Position numbers and translations under genes: made by a program. A DNA stretch of 64,000 bases from Epiperipatus broadwayi (lineage: Eukaryota > Animalia > Onychophora). Shown here piece after piece: positions 52,255-63,209 of the stretch. The notes under the pieces were generated by a model. The model was not told the origin of the DNA. It saw nothing but the letters and a program-made list of their open reading frames with translations, and did no database searches. Every line of letters starts with the position of its first letter. Position 1 is the stretch's first letter. Where the stretch lies: the NCBI GenBank assembly GCA_028023455.1, contig JAQFVV010000005.1, forward strand, positions 13,826,001-13,890,000, read 5' to 3'.

Positions 52255-52593
52255 TAAACAGAGCAAAACTCTCCATACAGTATTGCCACCTGTACTAAAC
52301 AGAGTAATCAATGGATGCCAGAAGGCTTGTGCATAAAATCCCTATCTAATGCCTACTCATCCAATATCCCCAGACTAGTTTCTGGCTTGTGGCCTTCGTC
52401 AGTGAGGAGCTTTGGATCTGAGAGCACTGCATCTAGATCTTAGGATCTAATGCAACCCTCTAGCAACCACCTTTTATCTCTACTTAACTACAAAACTATG
52501 AGAATGAAATTGAAAACACAAAAAATATTTTCAATCTAAGCTCAATAGCTTATATAGTCATATGGGTCTGAACTCAGTTCAGCACCCATACAT
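52255..52593 (-). mobile_element. family A hammerhead-bearing repeat (A4)
   Basis: Same orientation and sequence as 27896-28237. Confidence 0.9.
52367..52408 (-). ncRNA. type I hammerhead ribozyme motif (A4, best preserved)
   Basis: Minus strand TCCTCA-CTGACGA-AGGCCACAAGCCA-GAAAC-TA-GTC^TGGGGA: full core, 6-bp helix I, GGC/GCC helix II and palindromic ACTAGT helix III. Confidence 0.85.
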
Positions 52594-52594
52594 G

Positions 52595-52883
52595 TCAGTG
52601 AAGTGTCAGGATATTCAGCATTAGATTAAAAATACTAGAAGCCCAGCACTTTATCTAATGGATAACTATTGAGTAGAAAATCTGAAATTGTCAGACATCC
52701 ATATGTCTTCCAATCCAGCTAGCCATAAAGAATTGAGCTAAGTTCAGATACACCATATATTAATAGCATTAGCAATATAAAATTGCCAAAGTGTTAATAG
52801 CAAAAAAATAAAATGATAAAAAAATCCAAGTCAGACGTCACATGACTTAATTTAATAAAGCTTGTATTTACAAATATTATATA
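52595..52883 (-). mobile_element. family B repeat fragment (B0) fused to A4
   Basis: Matches 53995-54298 and stops at the CTGA of the family B hammerhead core. Confidence 0.85.
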
Positions 52884-53963
52884 CCCCTGGGTCTCTTTTT
52901 ACGAGGACTTATTTAACATGATTTTGAAGTTCACCGGAAGTCGAACTCGGATAATGCGCTATTACTTTAAATAATAAATTTCGCGAACTTACATTATATT
53001 GAAAGTAATAGCACATTATTGGAATTCGACTTTCATCTTAGTAATTTCAATATTTTCAGTGCTTTATAATAGTAAGATTTTATGCAATAATGAAATTAAA
53101 ATCATGATTTCCACGTTTTATGTATACACACATTAAATTTTACAAGATTATAATGTAAATTTGTTCAAACATTGTGCGTGTTAATTTTGCATTTTAAATC
53201 ACATTCTGTTTTTGCTTTTTAAAAAAGAACGTAATCAATTATTAATCATTTAGTGTCCACAAGTTTGTTTTTAAAAGACGAGTAATAGCAGTGGGCACAA
53301 TTAAATTTGACAATTAAAATCTGATTTTTAATTGTAATTAACAATTTAAAAATTACTTACGGCGACTTGAAATTAATGTGATAAGAAATTTGATTTTTAA
53401 ACGGAATTGAAAATTAAAGACAAAAATAAGAATTTAATTTTTAGTTTCATAAACAATTAATAAAATCATCGTCTCAAAGATTAATTACTAATTACGTTGT
53501 CACCAGAAATCCATTCACGCAACATAAGTGTGAAGTTAGCACTAGTTGTATTTCCTCAGTTTGCAAATGAATGTTTTTCGGCAAATGTCGATAATAATTA
53601 AAACATGTATAAAAAAATGTAAATTATGCATAAAAATATATTATTTTGAATAAAATTAAATATTATAGTTAAAAAAAGTTTGTCTTGTATCAATTTTTTT
53701 CAAATTTGAAATTTTTTATTAGTCATATTTTATTTCCTTATTTTTTTTTGCGCGAATTTTAAAGTAATTTTACGTTGGTGCTTTGTGTTTATGCAAATTT
53801 TGAAAAATCACAGACCACATCCCCCTTTTCAAGGTAAGTTATGTCTATTTTTGTGCGATTTCGTTTGCATGTGTTTCCTGAGGAACCTATCTATCGCGTA
53901 AAACGAGACCCAGGTGTATAAGTTTGCAAAATAAGCTCTTAACAAGCTTTGAGAATATTCTCA

Positions 53964-54003
53964 ACCCCAGATCGGTGTCTCTTTCTGGCATCATCAGTGA
54001 AGT
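53964..54003 (-). ncRNA. degenerate type I hammerhead motif (B1)
   Basis: ACTTCA-CTGATGA-TGCCAGAAAGA-GACAC-CG-ATC^TGGGGT; GAAA is changed to GACA. Confidence 0.55.
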
Positions 54004-54344
54004 GCCAGGATATTCAGCATTAGATTAAAAATACTAGATGCCCAGCACTTTATCTATTGTATAACTATTAAGTAAAAAATCTGAAATTGTCAGACATCCA
54101 TATGTCTTCCAATCCAGCTATCTAACTCAAATAGCCATATGGAACTGAACTAAGTTCAGATACACCATATATTACTAGATTTAGTAGTATAAAAATCACC
54201 AAAGCCTTAATAGCAAAAAATAAAATGATAAAAAAAAAATCAAGCCAGATGTCACATGACTTAATTTAATAAATCTTGTATTTACAAATGTTATATATAG
54301 AGCTTGCAACATAAGCTCTTAACAAGCTTTGAGAATATCCTCAA

Positions 54345-54378
54345 ACCCCAGACCAGTTTCTGCTTCTGGTGTTATCAG
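54345..54378 (-). ncRNA. truncated, degenerate hammerhead motif (B2)
   Basis: CTGATAA-CACCAGAAGCA-GAAAC-TG-GTC^TGGGGT; the 5' strand of helix I is removed by the inversion junction. Confidence 0.5.
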
Positions 54379-54516
54379 TCCCATATGGCTATTTGAGTTA
54401 GATAGCTGGATTGGAAGATATGTCTAACAATTTCAGATTTTCTACTCAATAGTTATACATTAGATAAAGTGCTGGGTTTGTCCTAGTATTTTTAATCTAA
54501 TGCTGAATATCCTGGC

Positions 54517-54556
54517 ACCTCACTGATGATGCCAGAAGCAAAAACTGGTCTCAGGT
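54517..54556 (+). ncRNA. degenerate type I hammerhead motif (B3)
   Basis: ACCTCA-CTGATGA-TGC-CAGAA-GCA-AAAAC-TG-GTC^TCAGGT; the first G of GAAA is A. Confidence 0.6.
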
Positions 54557-54791
54557 TGAGGATATTTTCAAAGCTTGTTAAAAGCTTATTTTGCGAGCTC
54601 TATATATAAAATCTTTAAATTATGTGCAAGTAAAGAAGTTTACCTCTGCCCTTGCATTAGTCCTTTTTTGAAAGGGTATCCTAGAGATGAAGTTCAGGTG
54701 ACAATTCAAGGACTGTGCCTATCTTTGCTCCCTGGAAGAGAAAAAATGAAAACCTATGTAAATGGAAACATGAGCACAGACATGCATGTTG

Positions 54792-56063
54792 CAGACCATA
54801 GCACCCATCAGCCTTTTATCAGTTTTATATAACTACCAAGATAATTACAACTCATCTACAGAGAACTTTGGATTTCCACCAACCAAGAGAACAAGCTGGA
54901 TTCAAAAGTGGTTTTAGTACAATAGATCATATCCAGGTATTGAGAGAAGTCATAGAAAGGACAAACGAATATGAGTTGTCATTATGTTTTGGATTTGTAG
55001 ATTATGAAAAGGCATTCGATTCTATACACATTTCTTCAGTGATTAAAGCATTGGATCATCAAGGTATAGATCCAGGATATTGTCATATTTTAAAGAATAT
55101 TTACAAAAATGCAACAGCAACAATTAAATTACATAATGATACTGGAAAAATCAACATTGAGAAAGGTGTAAGACAAGGTGACTCCATATCTCCAAAACTC
55201 TCTACAGCAGTGCTGCAAGAAGTATTTTGTGGATTAAAATTGGAAACTAAAGGAGTGAAAGTAAATGGAGAGTATTTAAGTCATTTAGATTTCGCAGATG
55301 ATGTAGTTGTTTTTTGCAAATAATGCTTCAGATCTGCAGGAAATGTTGCAGGAGTTGGCAGATGAAAGTAGAAAAGTAGGACTAAAGATACAAGTTAAAA
55401 AGACTAAAGTAATGTTTAATCGATTTGCTCAAAATATGAAAATAAAGATTGATTATGAAGAATTAGAAGAAGTTAACAGTTACAAATACCTTGGTCAGAT
55501 TATTAATACAGATGGAAACATAATGGAGGAAATTAATCATAGAATTAAACTTGGTTAGAGTGCTTTTGGTAGAAATAACTTGATACTAAAAGGAAATATG
55601 CCTATGTGTTTGAAAAGGATGTTTTTTAACAAATGTGTTTTACCAGTTCTTACTTATGGATCTGAGACTTGGACACTTAATAGAAGAGCAATACAGAGAC
55701 TTCAGACCACTCAAAGGAGTATGGAGAGATGTATGTTGGGAGTAACAAGAGATCGAAAACGCAATGTATGGGTAAGACAACAAACAGGTGTTACTGACCT
55801 TATTGAAAAAATTAAAAGATTGAAATGGAGTTGGGCTGGACATATTGCTAGAAGAGATGATAATAGATGGACAATTGAAATTTTAAACTGGATTCCAAGA
55901 GATTGTAAAAGACCCAGAAAGAGACCACATGTGAGATGGATGGATGAAATAAGAAAATGTGCAGGGGTGCTGTAGAGAAGAGAAGCTAAAGATCGGAGAA
56001 GATGGATTAAACTTGGAGAGACCTTCATCCTGCAGTGGATTGATAATGGTTGTTGATGATGAT
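54792..56063 (+). mobile_element. 5'-truncated RTE-clade LINE (RT half)
   Basis: EQAGFKSGFSTIDHI, FVDYEKAFD, GVRQGDSISPKL, HLDFADD and KWSWAGHIARRDDNRW; (GAT)n tail; highly similar to 19780-21012. Confidence 0.95.
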
Positions 56064-56150
56064 ATTCATCCTATAACAATAAATGTTCAATATAATATTT
56101 TTGTTAATTGACAGTTGTATTTACAGCTTGTTCTTATGATTTTTTTATTA

Positions 56151-57361
56151 TTAATTCACCAAGAAAACTTGAGGACACATATATCCATTAAAGAAGTAGA
56201 TGCTGTAATGAAAACCGTTATAAACATTGTGGGCCAGAGAATTAAACCACAGAAAATTTAAAAATCTTTTGGAAGAAATAAATAATAATTATGGAGATGT
56301 ACTTTAGCATACTTTGATGCGATGGCTAAGCAGAGGTAAAGTTTTGAATCACTTTTTTTTTTATTACATCATAAAATTATTTCATTTTTACAAGAAAAGA
56401 ATAAAACTTATAAAGAGCTTGATAGTGATGGATGGTGGTGTCTTTTAGCTTTTTTATGTGACATCACAGAAAAACTTTGTGATCTTAATATTAGTTTGCA
56501 AGGTGAAAATAAAATTATTTCACAAATGACAAAGTATTTGCTTTTGAAGAAAAACTAAATATTTATTACCAAGATATACAAAAACAAATATTACATCATT
56601 TTCCAACATTGACAAGTGCCAAGCAATATGGTATTGTCATTTCTTTAGAAACCTATGTAATTATTTTAAATCATTTGGGTACCTTATTGAAAGAATTTAA
56701 AAGTAGATTTCAAGGTTTAAGAAATATTAAGAATTGTCTTTTGCTTATAGAAAATCCCTGGCACTTAGAAATAACAACTATTACACAATTAAACCACATT
56801 TGGACATGATTATGTTAAGCTATTTAACACATTTGTTGAATTTAAAAATGACACAGATTTGGAAGCCATTTTTAAAGAGAAAAGGAAAGGAAAAGAGTAT
56901 ATGGAATTTTGGAAATTAGTGCCTGAAAAATATAAAACTGTCAAAAAGTGTGCACAAATGTTGCTCACATTGTTTACATCAATATATCTTTGTGAATCAT
57001 CTTATTTGAAAATGAAATATGTAAAGAATGTGCATAGGAACAGAATTACTGATTTACACCTTGATGATATATTAAGAGCAGCCTGTAGCACATATAAACC
57101 CGATTTATCTGAAATTTTAAAAGTTTATCTCAGTATCAAAAATCACACTGATATTTAAATAAATATTTATATCAAATAAAAGTGTTTGAGTTTTATTAAT
57201 ATGTTAATTCTAAGATATAGTAAAGTGATCCACAAGCTGTGGCATGCATGAATTGAGAAGTTGGACTTTTTTTTTACGTGACACCAATTGGTTGCCGCAG
57301 CCCGCTTGATGTAGCACACAAATATATGTGGCCCAGGAAAGAAAAAGGTTGAGTATCCCTG
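56151..57361 (+). mobile_element. 3' half of a SPIN/Buster-type hAT transposon (GTF2IRD2/EPM2AIP1-like transposase)
   Basis: HQENL..RWLSRGKVL..LAFLCDITEKLCDLNISLQG..EFKSRF..YLCESSY.KMKYVKN..RNRITD.HL. The right TIR is GGTTGAGTATCCCTG (ends 57361), followed by the Buster-type target GTCTAAAC. Confidence 0.9.
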
Positions 57362-59891
57362 GTCTAAACATACAATATGCTTTTAGATGCAACTAGATTG
57401 TATTTGTGATATTATTTACTTCTGCATCAGAATTTCCAATATAAAACAGTAGCTTGAAATAACAGTTTGGGCACAGACTTTCTATTGGTGAAGTTCATGC
57501 CAGATTATTTTAGAAGATATTGATATGTATTAAAAGCTAATCTCTATATTGAGTTGTTCTGCTAGTTTGTGGTTATTCTCATTTCCAATATTTTTTGCTT
57601 TCTTTCAGTAAACATTGATTTCTGTCCACAGTTGGTCCCTGCAGATCTCATTCCTCTATTTTTAGTTAATGTCCTCAACTTACAGATTACCATTCTTAAA
57701 ATATTGTTAATAATTTGGCAGAGTGAAACTCTGATATCTAGCTCAATGATTCCCAAACCATTAGTAGTATTCTGAAAGATATAAACAAACACTTCATGAC
57801 GAATTATGAGAATTAATGTGATTTATATTTTAAATTTTTATAAGATTAACTGTTCTCACTAAAACTGATTTTCTTCAAGTTTATTTGAAAATATAGTTAA
57901 TTGTTCTGATATATTTTAAAGGTATTACATTTGTGAATACAACTATAATTTTTATATTTCTTCATTAAATAAACATTTGAGCATCAGTATTTTTTTTCCA
58001 AATAAGCAGAAATTAAAATAAATATTTCCATATGAATAATGAAGTATTATTTAATGAGAAACTTTCAGTAATTTAACCCATTTTAAATTCAGGTTTAACA
58101 TTAATGTCTGTTTGATACTTGTTATTATTTCTAGGATTTATCTGTAAAATATATATATATATTACATTGATTTGTATTTTTGTTTGCTTTATGTGATATC
58201 ACAAATATAGTGTTTTTTATGATAGATGGTTTTGTTATTTTATTATATGGCTGAAGAGTTTGATGTTTATCTTGAGAGTAATGTTAATTTATTTAAACTA
58301 TGTTAAGAGCAGACAGTAAAGTCTATTATAGCAAAGGCTTCTAGAACTAAACACTTTTTCTCACTAGATTAAATTTATGTAATAAATATGTAAAATAATC
58401 ACTAGAATGATAGAGATCTTTGTCACATAGAAAAATTAATTAATGTTGTAAAAAATTTTATTTTTCAAAACAAAAAAGTTGTAAAACTGTCAACAAACAA
58501 AAATATGAAGATAAATGCCATTTGCTGATATAATGCTTTCATGAGCAAGATATTTCAGAATCTATCCAAAACCTGATTATCACTATGAAACATTTTCTAA
58601 GAGAGAAAATGAAAATAAAATATTTTATTAGCTTATGGTTGTTTTTAATGCAGTTCATTTTAATTTTCACTATGTGGCAGTAATAACAATTAGACTATAG
58701 CTTCTAATAAAAAAAATCATAAGAACAAGCTCTAAATACAACTGTCAATTAACAAAAATATTGTATTGAACATTTATTGTTATAGGATGATTATACATAT
58801 CACAAAATATTTTATAGCCTTTTTTAAAATCTTAATGATGCAATCAAAAAAAATCACAGGAAGAAAGTGTAAATTCCTTTTGCTTTTAGTATAAAGACAA
58901 AAGTAACAAGCAGAAAAAAAAAAATCTTCAAATAATATGGTTAAACCTATGTTTTGTGAATTTTTATTCAACTAAGATTGTTTACATTTTTAACTTATGC
59001 CTTTAACAGTTTTAGTTTTCATTAAAATTAAAATGAACAACAATTAATTTTACATTACATTTTTTTCCTGTTTTAATAGTTACTTTGGATAGATAATGTA
59101 TCTAGAATAGTTATCCCTAAATACTTTATGGAACCAATTAATTCATTGTAGCAGACCCATTGTATTTCTTTCAATTTTTATGGGAAATTTATTTTCAATT
59201 AGGTAAACATAATATATAATATATTTTGTCTACTCAGACTGATGATGATGTTACAATGGTTCATTTTATTTTTTATTTTTTTTTAGGTTACAGGGAATTA
59301 GCTCTGGAAAATTAATTTCAAGACCATGATTATTGAACAAAAATTTTGGCTACATCAATTATTGTAAGTGAATCTTTTGTACAGAGTAGGTTTCGCTGCT
59401 TACTGACTATTTCTAATGTATTTTTAGGATTGAAAGCTGTTGAAAAAATTTCTTTAGTAACGCTAAAACAAATTTATAATGAATGATTGATTTGTCTACT
59501 TATTTCAGTGTTTTTAAAATAAAAAGTTTTCAGAAAAATAACTTTAATGCAACTTGTGCAATTATATACCCAATGTAAAAGGTTGTTTGAAACAATTCAA
59601 AGAAATACTGCTAAAAAGCCTTTCCAGTGCAGTTACAAAACTGTTTAGGAAAAGGATTTTAAAATATATTAAAAGATTCTTACAAAGGGAAAATCTTCAC
59701 TTGATTGATGACAAAGCTGATTTTTTAAAAATGAATTTTAAAAATACATAAAATGTATTATTGTTGAGAAAAAATTTTTGTGGGCAATTGTAAGATTGCC
59801 TAAAAAGTTAACTCGGAAGACAAAATTATTCATGTAGATGGAAAACTTTAATTGAATTGTGTGTAAAAAGCTATCCAAAATTTACTTTAAA
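57362..59891. repeat. inverted duplicate of 36390-38945
   Basis: Reverse-complement match throughout; begins exactly at the base after the hAT TIR. Confidence 0.95.
59540..59891 (+). pseudogene. truncated decayed zinc-finger array
   Basis: CNLCNYIPNVKGCLKQ / RNTAKKPFQCSYKT with frameshifts; copy of 36390-36740. Confidence 0.7.
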
Positions 59892-60109
59892 CTGCTTATT
59901 TATTTTTTCAGAACAATAACCAAAATTGTTCATTTTTTTTATTTTATATTTTTATAATACATTTATGAAGAAATAAAAAAAGTGGTTGATTTTTTTTTTT
60001 TGACTTATATATAGGTCACTAGAAGGTCACTAGAATTATGCTCACAAATGCCCTTTTTAGCAGGAATACTTATAAAAAAGTACTGTTTTATTTGTAAAAA
60101 ACATTTTTT

Positions 60110-60453
60110 CTGAAATTTAGAAACTCTAAATTATAAATAGTAGTTATAGAAGTAATAAATCTTGGAAAAACTTTATAAAAAGCAATAAGGGTTTGAACTT
60201 GGATCTATAAAAACTTATGATTTTGAACTTGGACCTGTTCAAATCAAAAATTTTTCATTAGCTGAAATTTAGAAACTCTAAATTGTAAATAGTAGTTATA
60301 GAAGTAATAAATCTTGGAAAAACTTTATAAAAAGCAATAGGGGTTTGAACTTGGACCTATAAAAACTTATGATTTTGAACTTGGACCTGTTCAAATCAAA
60401 CATTTTTCATTAGTTGAAATTTAGAAACTCTAAATTGTAAATAGTTATAGAAG
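60110..60453. repeat. 152-bp tandem repeat, ~2.3 copies
   Basis: TGAAATTTAGAAACTCTAAATT starts at 60111, 60263 and 60415. Confidence 0.9.
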
Positions 60454-61481
60454 GAATGCTGTGTATTTATTTATTGAAATAAATTATAGAAGTTTTGAAT
60501 AGCGCTTATCTATATACTAATAATTATTTATCAAGAACATATGAAAAAAAAAACATTTATTATTTTTTATAAAAAAAAATCTATGGATCATATGATGATG
60601 GGAAATTGAATGTAGACATATATATATGATATCACGTGACTCAAAATATATCAAAAATTGCTTATTTATTTATTGAAATACGTTTATCAAGTTTTGAATC
60701 ATATATATTCTAAAACCTAAAATGTAATTTGTAAAAAAATATATAATAGATATTGAAATCAAGCATTTACAAGTAAGAAAAACATCACGTAATTTTGAAA
60801 AATTTCAGTTGATGATCACGTGATTTTTCAAAATTTTCATTTGGCAAAATGATGCTGAATATTTTCAAAATCTACGGAAGCAAATATGAAAAACATAATA
60901 ATAGAGTAATACACAAGTACCTAAAATTAGATGGATAGGTGTAGAAAAAGATTATCTGGGTATCAAATAAAATTAGATGGATAGATTTAGAAAAAGATGA
61001 TCCGGCTATCTACAAATAGATAGATAGTCAAAGAACGTATTTTTATTTATAGAAATATTTTATAAAAATAAATCATAATATGAAAAATATGATTATTATT
61101 TTTTGAAATATAATATAAAAATATTTAGTAATAAATGCTTGATTTGAAATAAAATTAGAAAGATATAAAAAAAAATGATCCGGGTACTTGTAACGGATAG
61201 AAAGTCAACGAACTTATTTTTATAGAAATATTATAGTTTTATAGAAATAAATCATAAATAATTATTATAACTTACCAATTGCAAGAATAATAAGATTTAG
61301 AATATAAAAACAAACTTTCTGGAAAGAAAACTTAATTGAATTTGCTATCTGGACTGCCTGGGAACAAAGTGAATGTGGGGTGACCCGTTGACTTTCAGAG
61401 AAAATCGAATAAATTACTAGTTTTTGTTTCAGTTGCTTAGATTTTGAACCACCAGTAATGTTTTCTTTCATATCTTTATGT

Positions 61482-63209
61482 TGTGACGACCACGTAAAGT
61501 CGTCGACACATATATATATTTATTAATAAAATTAGATAAATTAGCTAACTAGAAGTAAGAAAGGTGAAATGGATTAGCTACTAAAATTATAAAGAAAGAA
61601 GGAAAAGAAAAAAAAGGTTGAAATTCAAATGTCGAAATTACTTTGGATTTTTGTAATAGTAAGAGAAGGGGAGGGGGTGCATAAAGAAATGTGTCTCTTT
61701 TCTTTTAAAAAACAACGAGTAAAGTCAAATGCTAGAAAGTTATTTCTGTTTATTGTGGGAGAGGGGAAGGGGATACATAAAGAAATGCGTTCTTTTTCTC
61801 TCTTGTTAAAAACTATATTGTAACAAATTAAAATAAAATGTAATACGTGATATATAAAAAACAACATGGCCGTAGGTGTGAAAGTCTGTTGGACAAATTA
61901 AATTCCACGGACAAAGAAAATGTTAACAACTGAAGATCTTTGCCTGATCTGTTAAATTAATTAAGACTTACATTCCAGCCACTAATTAATTAAAGAAACA
62001 TAATGATAAGAATTGGTTGGAAATCTAAATCTTAATTAAAAATTTTCAAAACAATGAACAAAAGAAAGACAGTAAGAGAATTACAACTATTATCTTGTGA
62101 TTACTAGTAGAGATTTTGAGGAAGCAACAGCCCAAAGAAAATGAAAGAAGTGCGTGGCTAGTGGCGTTAAAGTGACGTAGGTTCGTATTCAAGCCGTCTC
62201 ACCACTGACTCACAATGTAAGATCTATGCCTGACCTGCTAAAGAGACCGCCGCTTCTGTGACTGACAACTGAAAACTACCTAAAGAATCGACAAGTAAAA
62301 TTGGAACGAGAAATAACCCCACAAACTGAGAAAGAAAATCAATCCAGCCGACAGTGAAGGACATCACCGTCTCTACAAAAGAAGGGATGATCTCCCACTG
62401 GACGGTAAAGAGCACTCGGAAGAAATACCCATGGGAACAATTACAACGAAAGCCTATGTAAAAACATGCATGCATTTTAATTTGTTTACTATTCATAAAT
62501 AAATAAACAAGGAATAATTTTGATAAAATTAGAACTCTATCAACAGGTCTCCACGATAACTTTTATATTTGATCCCTTTTCTATGTGTATTATAGCCATG
62601 TATTTTTATAAGTGTGTGTTTTTTTATTATTGTTATAATGTATTCTTTTATATAAAGTGTGAGTATTATTAAACATATTTATCCTTAAATTGCGTATACT
62701 TGCTTTATTCTCCTATCACCGAGCTACGACAGGGGGGAAACTGTAATTAGTGATTAAAGGGTAATGCTGATTTCTTTTTAAAGGTATTCATGTGCTGCTT
62801 GTTCATGCGAATTTCCCAATTATAAAAAATAAATAGCAAGCGCTGGACATTTGTTAAATTTCTTTCAATAGTTTGCTTTGTTCAGCAGCCAAGAGTTCTT
62901 GATCGGGAAAAATAACGCCAAGATAATATGTACATATTGCCTTGGGGTTCGGTCAAGGGTATAGATTATGAAGTTAAGTTTGGATCTGTATTAGCTCTCT
63001 GCTTGTATTGTAACGGCGTTGGTTAAATAAATAAACAATATCCATTACAGTTGGAGGCTAAGCCGGGATATTTCGGTTAGCAAAACTGATAGTAAACAAA
63101 TAAGATAATAAAGAATAAAAGTTGTAAAAAATAAGTATAAAATATAATTGAAAAAAGTATGAAATATTATAAATCAAAATAACCATCCAAATAAACCATT
63201 TCCGTTATA
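61482..63209. mobile_element. solo-LTR-like insertion (probably Ty3/gypsy)
   Basis: Termini TGTGACG...CGTTATA; flanked by ATGT/ATAT (4-bp TSD, one mismatch). The empty site is visible in the 45224-46066 copy. No long ORF; has an internal ~90-bp direct repeat (~61660-61815). Confidence 0.6.

Larger units (their letters stand above)
53917..54608. mobile_element. family B hammerhead-bearing repeat cluster: ~1.2 tandem units on minus (53917-54379) plus an inverted copy on plus (54375-54608)
   Basis: ATAAGCTCTTAACAAGCTTTGAGAATA recurs at 53931 and 54311 (380-nt period); 54375-54608 is the reverse complement of the B1 unit (~53917-54147). Confidence 0.85.
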
